Source: Ginglymostoma cirratum (lineage: Eukaryota). From it: a DNA stretch of 64,000 nt. Shown here piece after piece: positions 25,751 through 39,285 of the stretch. Made by a program: the position numbers and the translations under genes. The DNA lies in NCBI GenBank assembly GCA_024137785.1, contig JAHRHZ010000013.1, forward strand, positions 52,062,978 to 52,126,977, in the 5' to 3' direction. The notes beneath the pieces were generated by a model that did no database searches, was not told the origin of the DNA, and worked only from the letters and a program-made list of their open reading frames with translations. Within the stretch, counting starts at the first letter, position 1; each line of letters begins with the position of its first letter.

Positions 25751-26169
25751 ACACAGCATGATCAATTCTACATCATGATTGATTCCACCTACATCACTAC
25801 TCATCACTACACTGAAATTGTGCTTTGTTAACAAAGCTACCTTCCTTTTGCTTATTCTTCTGGAACATCAAACACCCTTGAAAATTGACTTCCCAGTCTT
25901 GGTCACCCTGCAACTACATCTCCATAACTGCTATCAAGTGATATTCATTTATTTCTATTTGTGCCATCGACTTATCTATCTTGTTATAAATGCAGCATGT
26001 ATTCAGGTAAAAAAAATGAGCTTTAACTTTTTATTATTATTATTTACTCGGGTTCTAAATTCTGCTGCACCCTTCTGCATATATTTTCTACTACTTCCTG
26101 ATTACTTTTCACCACTTCACAACCCTGCATCTCTTTTCTCTCATTTCTTCGTGATTCATTAAAAAAAAC

Positions 26170-26400
26170 TTTTTTTTTCGATCAATGTGTTCAGAGATAT
26201 TATTACACACTTCTGGAAAAGGTGGAACTTGAGCTCTGGCCTCCTGGCCCGGGGTAAGGGCACTACTACTGCACCACAAAAGGGCCCCAAATATTTTCTA
26301 AACAACCTGTTCAGGGATGTTTATACACTCCTCTGGAACAGGCAGGGCTTGAACATGGGTCTCCCATCTCAGATGTATGGACACTACCACTGTGCCATTT
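26170..26400 (-). mobile_element. Tandem pair of short tRNA-derived SINEs (type C)
   Basis: Minus strand has an A box tggtgcagtagtag / tggcacagtggtag, a B box (g)ttcaag and a shared ccagaagtgtgtaataatatctctgaaca body; a third copy lies at 46385-46487. Confidence 0.7.
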
Positions 26401-26479
26401 CATTTTGATTTTTAGAACTTCCCTTCAATTGAACTCTCCCTCCCACTAATTAGGCTATAGCCCTATCTACATCCATAAT

Positions 26480-26860
26480 AATATGATGCAGCAGGACACT
26501 GGTCCCAGCATGGTTCAAACAAATCCTGTTCCAAGGCTCTTTTCCCTAGCACTGGTGCCAGTGCCCTACAAATTTATACTCAATGCTCCCACTGAATCTT
26601 TGCATTTACCTCCCTCACCTCATTTACCTTACATTAACTTGCACAACAATCTGGAAATTAATACTTTCATGGGTTTAGTTTTTAATTTGGTCCTGAGTTG
26701 CTCAAACTTCCTCACCTGAGCTTCACCGATGCCTTCATTACCTATGTGTGACATGACAGTGGAACCCTTCCTCTTGTGTTCCATTTCCTCTCCAGTCCAG
26801 AGGAGTTGTCCCGTACCTTGGCACCAGATTGGCAACACAACCTTTGGGATTCTCTATCTC
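26480..26860 (-). mobile_element. Decayed CR1 ORF1 region
   Basis: TVMSHIGNEGIG...KFEQLRTKLKTK..KVLISRLL, an esterase-domain-like frame parallel to 1388-1590. Confidence 0.55.
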
Positions 26861-28044
26861 TACGTCACGGATGGTTAAAACCCTTGGAACAATGAAAAAT
26901 GTTTTCTGTTTGAACTCAACAGTACATTTAAGTGGTCCTGCTGAGTTTGTATTTCCTTCTTGGGTAAATCATACTCTGCACTTTTCCTCCTGCTGGCAAA
27001 AAAATTGGATGTAGTCAGAAATGGAACTTGGACTGCTGCATCCAGGTCCCACTCATCACTTTTAGAGGTCTGCAGAGTCTTCCTGCTTTTGCAGAAATCC
27101 AACCCTCAGACTCACTCTATTTACCCCTCATTGACAATTACAATAAATGTCAGTTCTATAATAAACATAAGTCCAAAGCAAACAAATCAATGGTATCTAT
27201 ATTTTCTTGCACTATATTGGTTTAATCTCAAACAGGCTATTCCCAGCACTGGTCAATATTACAGCCTCCTACAATTTATTGAGGTACTTAACTCTGATTG
27301 TGAACTCGAGCTATGATTGTACACAACTCAGATTGTCTTATTTTTAAAGACGACTGTCAATGTTGAAGAACAGTACTCGCAATACCATTTAGTTTTGAAA
27401 AAGAAATGTACCTATTTGGATTTTTTGTAAGTTGATGCACTTCAGTAACATTTGATAATGGAATACTCACAAAGTATATTCATCTTTACACCACTGAGCG
27501 ATGTATTGTTGTTTGAAAGCTGACAGAGAAACTTTCAAATGGAGGTCACGCTCTTGTATATGATGGTTCTCACACTAGAGCACACGAACCTCATCAACTG
27601 CCAATTTTCTCTAATACAATAAGGAGCCCTTTTTAAAGTCACTTGATTGTCAGAGGTTGCTGGGAACTGATGGTGCTGGTGAGAAGCTGCCAAATCCCTC
27701 CGGAAAACCAATGCGAAGACTCTGGGAGTATTCAGTTTAGTCACTATTACTGAGAAGGGGATAGCAGAGCACCCAGTGCTCATCAGGATGAGCAACATCC
27801 AACAGAGGTCACTGGTGAGAAGCAACCAAGGAGGATTCCGGGAGAAGTCAGCTCAGTTACCATGACTGAGAAGGGGATTGCAGGCATAGACTTGGCTGCT
27901 CAGGAACCAGGTTTGCAGACTGAGTGAGTAGTGCATGGTGAGTGATATTGTTCTAATGTTTTGTTGTTGCGCTCTGTCAGGAGTAGATAGTGGATGTGTC
28001 AGACCTGAATTTGGTGGCTAGTGGGTCAGGTTGGATAACCAGTT

Positions 28045-28380
28045 GCAAAAACAGAAATTGCTGGAAAAACTCAGCCAGTCTGGCAGCATCTGTGGAGAGA
28101 AATAGAGTTAATGTTTCAGGTCCAATGACCCTTCAGCACTGACTGTAACTAGGAAAAGGTTTGTATGGATGCTAAAGAAGGAGTGGGGGTAGGCAAAGGA
28201 CAAAACAATAGGAGGAGATGGAGCCCAAAGACAGAGAAAGAAAAACAGTTGGGCAGACAAAGGATCAGGTAAAGGTTAGCTTGGGAGAATCAGTAGCTGC
28301 TAATGGAGACCATTAGGAGCTGACAACAGGTTGTGTATGATTGCAGCCCATGTGATGACAACGCCTGGTGTGTGGGGTTT
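28045..28380 (-). mobile_element. PLE family 3 pseudo-LTR, longer piece
   Basis: caaaaacagaaattgctggaaaaactcagccagtctggcagcatctgtggagagaaatagagttaatgtttcagg...cccttcag. Confidence 0.7.
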
Positions 28381-28479
28381 GTTACAAATGTTGGTGTTGT
28401 GATTGGAAATGCATTGAAGTGCTTTGGCCACTCGATGAGGACAAAAAAACCTCTGGGTGATGTGAATTTTTGGCATTGC

Positions 28480-28695
28480 ATTCCTTAAAAGTCAGTGGAT
28501 GTAGAACCATTAAATGTTTATGAGGTAGAGGTAGGTAGATTCTTGATTACTAGGAGGATGAAAGATTATCAGGGATATGCAAGAATATAGAGTTGAAGTT
28601 AAAATCTGATCAGCCATAATCTTATTGAATTGCAGAACAGGTTCAAAGCGCTGAGTGGCCAGCTCTTGTCCTAATTTCCATGTTCTTATGTTCAT
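28480..28695 (+). mobile_element. CR1 3' end
   Basis: gatcagccataatcttattgaat...tcctaatttccatgttcttatgttc tail. Confidence 0.7.
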
Positions 28696-28699
28696 ATGT

Positions 28700-28890
28700 A
28701 ATGTTCTGGGTTTAATGACAGGAGGTGGAATTTAAATTCAATAAATCTGGGATTAAAAATCAGTCTCAGTAATCATGATCATGATTTTGTTTTGTCCTAA
28801 AGACCACCAATGCTGTTTTGGGAAGGAAATCTGCTGTCCTTACTCAAAGCAATATGGTTGACTTTTAAATGCCCCCTGAAATGTCCCATA
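28700..28890 (+). mobile_element. SINE type B, decayed
   Basis: gtggaatttaaattcaataaatctggg...gggaaggaaatctgctgtccttac. Confidence 0.6.
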
Positions 28891-29674
28891 AAAAGCAACT
28901 GTTATTTCAAACAATCTCAGTGAAATGTATAATAGCTAACAGGACTCAATAATCCATTCCAGCAAAATTAATCAATTTTACTTTTAATACTTAGGATGCC
29001 AATTAACAGACAGAATGCTTTAGATTTTGTAAAACATGATAAAAGTGGGGGATTTATTTTCCAGTATCTTTCATTTTCACTCAAGTTTTCTTTGAGGTAC
29101 TTAAATTACATAGGATAGTAAGTTGCAAACAATGTACCACTACAGATACAGGCTTTGAACCATGACTGTGACTTCATTTTCTTTGCTCCAACAATGGCTT
29201 ACAAACCCAGTCAGCTTCTTTTACTGCTGTGGACAAGGATTCTACAGTATTTTTTGATTAGCCTTCTTTCCATGCCCTGGAAGCTAATGATAAACCTCTT
29301 TAAGAGAAAAATCTGAATTACAAGTCAAAAGGTCTGAAAGAGTCTTCCTCCGCATCTTCAATTCTTTCGGTTTTTATTCATAAACTTGAAGTCATTCAAA
29401 ATTCTGCAATGTCCTAACTCGCACCAAGTCCCTTTAACCATCATCCCTGGGCTTTTGCATGATATTGTTGCTAGTTAGGGCAGTGCTTGGCTTTGAATAT
29501 TCTCATCCTGCTTTTCAATTCCCTCTACAGGCTCACTTTCGCTACCTCTGTAATTCTCCATTATTCTCTCCAGTCCCACTACCCTCTGAGACATATGCAC
29601 TTGTTTTATTCCAGTTTAATTTTCTAGCTATCTTTCCAAACTGATTCATCTAATCAACATGGAGAGTTTTATTA

Positions 29675-30270
29675 CTCATTCCTGGGATGTAGATGTTGTT
29701 TGATGGACCAATGTTCATTGCCCATCCTTAGTGCCCTCAAGAAGATGGTGGTGAACTATCTTCTTCAACTGCTGCAGTTCTTTTGATGTATGAGACCAAC
29801 AATGTCATTCGGGAGAATTTCTAGGAGTTTGATCCAGTAACACTGAAGGAACGGCTACATATTTCCAAATCAAGATGGTGCATGGTTTGGATGTGAAACT
29901 GCAGGTGGTGGTGTTTCTATATATCTGCTGCTCTTGTTCTTCTAAATGATAATAGTCTTGGATCAGGAATCTTGATGAAATTTTGCAATCCATCTTGTAG
30001 GTGGTGCACACTGCTGCTACTGAGTGTCAGTGGTGGAGGGTATGGGTGCTAGTAGGTGTGGTGCAGGTCAAGTGGGCTGCTTTCTGGCCTGAATGATGTT
30101 AAGCTTCTTGACTGTTGTTGGAGCTGCGCTCATCCATGCAAGTGGAGAGTATTCCATCACACTCCTGATTTTTATAGATGGTGGACAGGCTTTGGGGAGT
30201 CAGCAGGTGAGTTACTTACTGCAAGACTCCTTGCCTCTGATCAGCTCTTCCAGACATTGTATGTATGATT
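29675..30270 (-). mobile_element. Second LINE family 3' portion
   Basis: attgcccatcctta...aagatggtggtgaactatc...gcaagtggagagtattccatcacactcctga. Confidence 0.75.
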
Positions 30271-30276
30271 TAAAAT

Positions 30277-30472
30277 AAGGAACAGGTCTGGCAGCATCTG
30301 TGGAGCGAAAACAAAGCTAACATTTCAAATCCAGTGACCTTTTCTCAGCACTTTTATGAACAGTCCAGTTTAGTTTCTGCTACTTGGCAAACCCCACATG
30401 ATGCTGACAGTGATTTTATCTTCACAGATGCAGCTAGACCTGCTGAGCTTTTTGAGCAACTTCTGTTTTTGT
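30277..30472. mobile_element. PLE family 3 inverted pseudo-LTR pieces
   Basis: caggtctggcagcatctgtggag at 30283 and the inverted cacagatgcagctagacctgctgag at 30423. Confidence 0.6.
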
Positions 30473-31107
30473 AGGAGGCAATTCTGCATTGTGGTAAGAG
30501 AAACAGTTGTGCAGAAATGACATTCAGCAGTCAGAGATTTAAGTGTTTAGGGAGCCGTAAGAAGGTAATTTTTACTTAATATAATGGGCACATTATAAAC
30601 TTAGACTGCAATTGTACTACTTTTGTACACCGTGTGATTTCAAATTGAAATGGATCTAGGGCATCTCAATTTGATTGACTTCGGGTCAAGTTAGACCCAA
30701 ATTCTGGGCTTACACTGTAGGAACTATGTTACATCAACTTCACATTAATGTATTCTTAACCTTCTAGTTGAAGGTAATTCAGAGCTACTTTCTGCATTCT
30801 AAAGGTAAATCAAACAAAATGTCAGAATATCCATGTAATCTTTCATTTATAACCAGTTGCCTTCCTCATCGTGACACTTTGAAAGCTCAACTAGTTCAAA
30901 GACTATTACATTCTGCACGCATTTCTGCTTTTTCATCTGAATCATCAGTTCTCATCCAAGTGAGACAGTCATACAGATCTGTGTTTAGCATCAGGCCATT
31001 AACCACTTTAAGGGAGATTTCCACACATCCCTGAGGAACTTTGAGCAAATGATTTTTCTTAAATTTTAAGAATTCCATTAGTTTTTTTTGGAAGTAAGGA
31101 AAAATAT

Positions 31108-31502
31108 GGGCTGAATTGTATTGGCAGGGTGTATTCAGCCCCATCCCTTCCCACCTACTAGAAAAGTTTAAAAGAAGTCTTCCACACAGTGATATTACAT
31201 GCATATGCTCCCCATTCCCACAAAGGACAGAGCCACCTTGTCACCAGCTTTACTGAAAAAATGATCTTCCCGCTCTCACTCACCTGCTATTTCCCTGAAC
31301 CTCATGGCAGTGGAGACAGACTGATTTCACTAAGTGGTCCTTAATTAGCTAGCGAAAGGCTTCAAAAGGCAGATGGGTAGTGGGGACTTTACCTATTTCT
31401 CCATCTTTGTGGTCCTGTGTGGAGCATGTCAGGAGCAGGCAAGTAGACTGTGGGCAAACACCGAAAAGCATACCTGATGTGGGTGAGCAGTAAAATCCAG
31501 TC
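31108..31502. mobile_element. Probable MITE
   Basis: Imperfect terminal inverted repeats gggctgaattgta / taaaatccagtc; internal taagtggtccttaattag motif resembles 14240-14275 and 63245-63280. Confidence 0.35.
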
Positions 31503-31929
31503 AAATGTAGTTGCTTTGAATAACTCACTGCAAACTCACTATAATACCATTAGTTTCTAGAAATAGCCAACACAATGTTCTGTATTTTAAAAATCTACAT
31601 TTATGCTCTTGTATGTATGGAATTACATTGCATAACAAAAGGTAAAATGGATGTAATCTTGTTTCTTGGAGTATTGTGGTATCAGGCCTAGAACTGGGAG
31701 GTATTTCTGCTCAGGGGAGGATTGAGTTCTCTTCCACAATTATGTTCTTCTCAGCTCAAATATCTGTGCATGAATAGAATGCCAAATCTTATGGGCAGGC
31801 AGGAAGTTCTGAAACTCGACTGCATCTTCAAGGGTCCAATTTATGAGCACCAGATTTAAAAAAGGGCCCATACAGCACGTCACTCTCACCTACCCAGGAC
31901 ATCGCTGACCCATTGTTCATTGCTCTAAT

Positions 31930-32090
31930 CACAAAAACAGAAATTGCTGGAAATACTCAGCAGGTCTGGCAGCATCTATGTGAAGAAAGCAGAGTTCACA
32001 TTTTGAATCTGATGACCCAGACCTGCTGAATTTTACCAGTAATTTGTTTCAGATCTCCAGCTTCCACAGTTCTTTGTTTCATTTATTGCT
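31930..32090. mobile_element. PLE family 3 fold-back remnant
   Basis: aaacagaaattgctggaaatactcagcaggtctgg ... ccagacctgctgaattttaccagtaatttgttt. Confidence 0.7.
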
Positions 32091-32129
32091 CTTACCCCTT
32101 GTGGAAATGTTTGAGACCATACAGAAAGT

Positions 32130-32345
32130 GACTCCAAGCTTCGGGATGCTTTCCTCAAGCTTCTCTTGCAGGTCATTCGGGAGAGAAGTGTTGTGCTGTT
32201 TCTGGTAGATGAAAACAGGAGGCCATCCCAACCATCAAAGCAGCTTTGACAGAAATTGCTGATAATACCGGTCAGTGGTTCAAGATAATCTGGTTGCAGT
32301 GCAACAAAAGAATGAATGACCTGTTGTGCTCCACCAGGGTAATAA
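32130..32345 (+). pseudogene. Harbinger Myb/SANT-like ORF remnant
   Basis: LRDAFLKLLLQVIRERSVVLF..RRP, frameshift, then AALTEIA...WLQCNKRMNDLL. Confidence 0.65.
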
Positions 32346-32804
32346 ATGCTAATGCACAATACTTCTTGCCACCATACGTGTACATTTTCCACACCAGTCT
32401 GGTGCCAGGCATCTCCAGCAAATATTTCATGCGCACGGAATATGTCTCAGTTCACTGGAAGTACTAATGGAACATGCATTTCTGTGACACCGGCTCTCAT
32501 GCATTTGCCATGATTCACAGTTAATACACAAAAGGATCTGCAATACTCAGCATCTCAGGTGCCATCAGAGCACTGACCTTTTATCTCAACTAGGTGAACT
32601 TGACATCTGATACGTTATCATCAAAGGATTGCATGAGAAAAGAACACAACCATAAAAGATAGCTTTGGTGAGAATACCTCCGATATCTCAGTCACACGCA
32701 TCATAGGATGAAATAGAAGCACCAGGACAGACTGAATATGCACATCCATCTAGTTGAGAAAGCTTCCACTCCATTATTCCTAACTACACATAAAGCAGCA
32801 ATAT

Positions 32805-32907
32805 AAAGCTTTTCCGGCTCCTCTGATGCTGCTTGGCCTGCTGTGTTCATCCAGCTCTAAACCTTGTTATCTCAGATTCTCCAGCATCGGTAGTTCCTAC
32901 TATCTCT
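32805..32907 (+). mobile_element. PLE family 1 pseudo-LTR tail
   Basis: gatgctgcttggcctgctgtgttcatccagctc...tatctc, same as 11150-11237. Confidence 0.85.
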
Positions 32908-34616
32908 CAATATCTTAAAATGTCCTGGGAAAAGGTGGTGACTCGTGACTTTAACACATATTTACCTTTTCCATGTTGCCTCCAGATCCCGCGCCCACCT
33001 CAGGAAGCAAAGAAAAAGACAGCCCCATTCCCCAGTTCCAACTCGAGCAGCACCTCTGAGAAAGAAGAATCAGCAACCTTTCAGCTATATCCACAAGGTT
33101 GACCTCCCCATACTACACCAGCACAGAGGCATTTACTTTGATTGGTAATCTGTCTAGAGAAGGCTCAAAGTCACGCTCAGTGAGCACACTATAGGTTTAG
33201 GTCTACAGCGCATACAAGAGGTTTACAGTCGAGTTTTCTGACATGTAGAGAATTGCTGGAGAACAGGTTCCTGCTGAGTTCACTGCAGATGATAATTCTC
33301 TGGTCACAGCCACTAATGAGCTGATGGAGATGTACAGATAAGCAGAGAAATATCTGGGAGAGGTGCCAGAGATCATGTGCAAACTGGAGTCTACAATCCG
33401 GAATGTGAGTCCAATGAACTGGTGGCAGCTGCTGTGGAAAGACAAGTCCAGCAGAACAATCAATTCTTAGAATTGTGCAGAAACCTGGCACTCCATCGCT
33501 TGGGCCATGGATGCATTCATTCACTGGCTAGGCAAGAGGAGTCACTCAAGGAGTGAACAATGTTCCATTGCACATCAACAGGGAGGGACAGCAACAGCCA
33601 GCCACTCAGGAAGTTTCATGGCAGGACACTCCAGAACTGCACCACCTCCCCTCTGCCTGGTACCCAACCACTTCCATCAGGTCAAGCCAAGGAAGTTATG
33701 CCTGCACAAGCGCAGGAGCCCTCCAGGCATTAGACTACAAGGTGACACCTGTCAAAGTTATCTGAGGCAAGTCAGGAAGGCAGTCAGCAAACTTTCCCAA
33801 GTTCAGCTGTGGCTGTCAAGGGAGCAGCCAGAAGCAGCAGTAGGGAAAGAAAGATGAAAGAACATGGAAATCACTTTGGGTACAGTGATATTATTGTTGT
33901 GTAAAACCAAGCACTGTTCACAGAGATAGCACCTTTTTACCAGATTACTGTTGTCTCTTATTATCTGCATAGGTTTCTCATTGGTCTTGTTTCTCTTACA
34001 GCCAATCCAGCTGGCCTTTGATCACATAAACCCTCACATGTGCAGCTTGCCCAGCTGTGGCCAGAACACTAAAGCTGCCAAATCTCGGCTCTCCTCTGGG
34101 AAGAAGATAACCTCAAGGAAGCGCAACCTGAAGCTAGATTTTTGAGTTTGGAGAATCACTCAGCATTGGGTAAGTACTCTATACCTCTGTAATAGATGAA
34201 TGCCCTCGCTCACTAATGTTTGTGTAGTCTCCATTTTTAATGCCAATCTGATAGTCTGGCCAGGAACTGACTACAGTGCATTTGCATAAAGCAAACAAAA
34301 TCATTTCAATTAAATGGTAAATAAATAACATCACTTCTAAATGATACAAATCAAACATATGCTTTAGGAATACCTCTCAGTGACAATTAGCTCCTAGAGT
34401 TCACTTATGCTAGTCCAAAAGCACCGAGTGTCATATCTAGCTGCTTTTAGGTTCCCACAGACCATTCTGATGTTGTATCAGGGTCTGAAGGGTTAATGCT
34501 GAGAAATACATTAAGCACCGCACAGTATGATGATATCATTTGAACTCAGGCACGTTGAGCAGCCTGGGACCTCAAAGGGGTGAGACGTAACATAATAACA
34601 ATGTCTAACTTATCAA

Positions 34617-36470
34617 AGTCAAGAAGTCACACAACACCAGGTTATAGTTCAACAGGTTTATTTGAAATCACAAGCTTTTGGAGTGTAGCCCCTTCATCGG
34701 GTGAAGTGAGAGGAAAGCTCCCAGGCGCGGACTTATAGGCAGAGAGATCAAGGGCAGAGAGAGCAAAAGATCAGAGAAATGGTGTGAGTGGAGTGTCGAA
34801 TAACAAGTCTCTGCAGATGACCAAAAGTGTCAGACGTGTGAGTAAAGCATCAACAGCTGAATAGCAAATGAAAGGATGACCTGTAATCCAATTAAATGAG
34901 GCAGAGAGATAATCACAAAAAAATTTTGAAAAATTGGTGCTGAGACAAACCAAATAACTGGAATAACATGGTGGATATAAGAGTCGCATGCTGAGGGTCT
35001 AACCAAAGTAATGAGTAATCCAAAACTATATAAACTAATTAAGGTAGAGAGATCATAATAATTTATCAAGGCAATAGTGTCAAAACAGGACAGTAAGGAA
35101 GATTTTACAGACACAGAACAGGGTAGTGGGGTCACATGTAGTGTGACATGATCCCGAGATCATGGTTGAGGCCATCTTCCTGGGTACTGAACTTGGCTAT
35201 CAGTTTCTGCTCAACGATTCTGCATTGTTCTGCATCTTGAAGGCTGCCTTGGAGGACACTTACCCAAAGATCAGAAGCTGAATGTCCTTGACTGGTGAAG
35301 TGTTCCTTGACTGGGGGGAAATACTACGCCATGTTCTTTGCAGCCTTCAATAGGTCATTGATGGTGATGAGCATCTCACCAAGATCATTCCTACACCTCC
35401 ACTTCTCGCCTCCAAACAACCACCAAACCTTAAAGAGACCATCTTTTGCAGCAATATACCCAGCCTTCAGAACACCATCAACCACAACATTATACAACCC
35501 TGCCATGGGAACCTCTGCAAGACATGTCAGATCATCGACACGGACACTACCATCACACATGGGAACACCACCCACCACATAGACGGCAGATACTCATGTG
35601 ACTCGGCCAATGTTGTCTTATCTCTGACGATGCAGACAAGGATGACCTGAGGCATGGTATATTGGTGAGACCATGCAGATGCTACAGCAACGCATGAATG
35701 TAGACACACCACAACAATTGCCAAACAGGGATGTTCCCTCCCAGTCAAGGAATACTTCGCTGGTCAAGGGCATTCAGCATCTGATCTTTGGGTAGGCGCC
35801 ATCCAAGGTGACCTTCGAGATACACAACAACACAGAATCACCGAGCGGAAACTGATAGCCAAGTTCTATAACCATGAAGATGGCCTCAACCGTGATCTTG
35901 GGTTCACATCGCGCTAGATGTGACCCCACCACAGTTCTGCTTCTGTAAAATCTTCCTTACTGTCCTGTTTTGACACTACTGCCTTGATAAATTATTATGA
36001 TCTCTCTACCTTAATTAGTTTGTACAGTTTGGAAGACTTATTACTTTAGTTAGACCCTCAGCATGCGACTCTTATGTTCTTCCAGTCATTTGGTTTGTCT
36101 CCAGCACCACCTTATTTTTAGTGTTTTTGTAATTATCTCTCTGCCTCAATTACTCAGATTAAAGGTCATCCTTTCGTTTGCTATTCAGCTGTTGACACTT
36201 TAACTCACACCGTCTGATACTTTTGATTGCCTGCACAGACTTATTATTCAACACTCCACTCGCACCATTTGTATGATATTTTGATCTCTCTGCCCTTGAT
36301 CTCTCTGCCTATAAATTCTGTATCTGTGCACTTCCCTCTCACTTCACCTGATGAAGGGTCTACACTCCGAAAGCTTGTGATTTCAAATAAACCTGTTGGA
36401 CTATAACCTGGTGTCATGTGATTTCTGACATTTTCCACCCCTGTCCAACACCTGCACCTCCACCCCATAG
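34617..36470 (+). mobile_element. 5'-truncated PLE family 2 with a large inverted duplication
   Basis: GIY-YIG region 35322-35925 (QPCHGNLCKTC linker; NVVL..; YIGET-like tattggtgagacc); arms about 34617-35320 and 35740-36430 are reverse complements; cttatcaa flanks both ends. Confidence 0.88.
36345..36379 (+). ncRNA. Minimal hammerhead ribozyme motif (PLE family 2)
   Basis: cac-CTGATGA-agggtctacactcc-GAAA-gc-TT-gtg; stem I cac/gtg and a palindromic AAGCTT at stem III. Confidence 0.7.
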
Positions 36471-39285
36471 CTTATCAATGTAACTGGTACCCTTTGTTAT
36501 TGTCATACAAAATAACTAAATCTTGTTCATGACTAAAACCTCTTCTCATTATTACATTAGACTAAGCCAGCTCAGTACAGCCCAATGAGGAAAGAGGATA
36601 GTGACAAAAACTCGCACAGATGTATCTTTCACCAAAATGAGCAACGGCGAGGATCCATCACACCATGTGATGCCAGCAGTAGCATTGCTATGCTTTAATA
36701 TTAAATAGCAAGTGGTGAAGGTCTAAAGACGCTTTAAACACAGCTTCAAGAAGTCTACTCATGAAGAAAGCCAACGGCTGAAAAAACAGAACTTTGAAGA
36801 ACGCTACATATGAGAAGCAATTGCATGGTGGGTTAATAAAGGTTTAACATATTTAGCGAAAAGTGTCCAAATTATCATGGGCCATTGGTAACTGGGTTAA
36901 AAAAAGACCTCAGACAAAATATAGGGGTCTTACACTTATATTGCTACAGTTTAAGCAAAGAAATGCCTCAGTGATGAAGGACGCATGCTACTGAAGAGAT
37001 ATGTACTCATAAGAGCTTCCACGACCAAGTCTATCCCACCAGGCACACACCTCATACATATGATCTGATTTGTAAACATGCACTTTTCTTGTCTTTTCTT
37101 ATAAGGTGATTTGTGTATATAATTCTACGAGGCTGGGATGTTAAATAAGCATATGAATGAATGCACAAAAATTCTCAAGCATCATGGTCAAAGGCCCAAC
37201 TAGCTGAAAGGTTCTGAGAACTTAGTACCAAAACTTTAGCCCAAAGTCAAGAACCTGGTTTTTGGACTACCACCCAACTAAATCCCCCCCTCAAATTTTT
37301 CCAGGCCTCTAGAAATTTCTTAATTCAGCCCTTTTTCTCTTTTGTAGTTTTGGTAGCAATGAAATATGTCATAAACTGGTTAGTACTGCATTGATTAACA
37401 CGGATTGACTGAGACCTAAGCATATCCCTCAAAATGTTGACAATTTCAGTTCAATTTCTTTTTGATGTTGGCTCTTTATCACTAACAATGTGAAAGATAT
37501 GGTTATTTATGTGGACCACAATTTTTTGATTTTCTTGGAAAAAGTTTGGGGCAACAACTTATGATTATTTTGGTCCAGCCTAATTCTCCAGGCATATAAT
37601 TTGAAAATCATTCATGTGCTTGGATAAGACAATGTGAGAGATTTTTAACTGATGATGAGAAGATATTGATTGAACAGCCTGTTCAATCTGTTTTGCAAAG
37701 AAATTGAATGCATGATTTATTTTGAAAAAACCCAGGTATTTCTATTTCACCCCCTATTTCTTTCACTACTGTAAGGAATCTTTTTCTCTGAATATTGTTC
37801 CTGTCATAACATTCCTTTAACATGTTAATGTGATACAGTTACTAATATTTTCTCCTGCCTAGAGTATTCACTGCATAATTTATATAATTGTATTTTCTTT
37901 TTGGTTTGATGAAGTCCTGTGAATCTGAGATAGGTAACCTCCAACTGTTCAACTATTGGTGCCATCACCTGCTGTAAATTTATAACCCATTCCCTTTGAA
38001 AGAAAATCTTCAAGGAAGTAACAGTCCTGCAATAATAACAGATTCATTTTACTTTCATCTTTATAACAATAGTTTACTAGTAGTTACTTTATCACTCTTC
38101 TATTTAGAAACTTGCAATAATAATTCTGTAATGAACTTTAATCTTGTTTTAAGATTAAAGTTTTGCTGCTGGTTATCTTCACTCTGGAAAACTTTAAAAA
38201 GTAAAGAAGGGCCTAAATGCACGATATTAATTCACAGTCAATGAGCCATGCTGTGGATACGCCTGGTGTAGTTGTCACTGGCAAATGAGAAGTGGATAAG
38301 TAAATGACCAGAAACAGGAAAGAAAATAAAAGTGAGAGTTCACATGTACGCTGGCCATGAACTAAAAAGTTACAAAGGGAGTGACATACCGTTTTATTGT
38401 TTCTCACAACTGTAGCCACAAATGAAACAATATGCATTATAGAATAGTTGTGCGGTACTGCAACTTAAACAAATCACAAGTAAATGCAATGATAACATCT
38501 GCATAACCTTCTCAAGAAGAAGCATGGAAGGACTTCCATTTCATGATAATTCATGACATAAAATGCAAATACAAAAACATAGATTTGGAGAAAAAGATTA
38601 GCAGTACACGCCATATTTTAAATAAATTGTATTAATGCTATATATTAGGTAAATTGCATTAATAAGATAAATTATGATATATCATTGCAACAATTTATTG
38701 TTCATCAACAGCAGTTCAACATTTTAATGCTGAGTTGTGGCATGTGATGTGAAGAAATGGCCAGAAGTTTAAGTATTTTCTATTGTTTATCAACTTACAA
38801 AAAGAGTAGAAAATTTATGCAATTTATGCCTCTACCAAGTATCCTCAACGCAGCTCAATATTAATGCCAATAATTCTCCAATATGCAAAAATTAAACCTT
38901 TGGATTAGAATACCTGAAGGGGAAAAGGAAAGATATGGCTAAATATCCCAGCACATTGTTACGGAGATTTATTCATTGCGGCTGAGCATTTATTTGCTCA
39001 ATTGGGAAACTAAATTCTGAAAACTACATTTCTTCTTTTGGAGGTGTTCCAATATACATCCATCTTTTCTTAATCTAGATTTTTGTTCCTATCAACTCTA
39101 CTCTCCAAACTTGCCCCCATTTTTTTCTCAAAGAAGTTAGCTCATGGCAGGGTATTGTTCCTTGTGTATGTGAAGTCCTTCAACGTCCTTCAAGTAATCC
39201 TTCCTCAGATACTGGCTTAGGCAGTGAAAATCAAAAGGCCATTTAATCATGGAGGACATCACAGCCAGGTATTATCTTAACTCAC

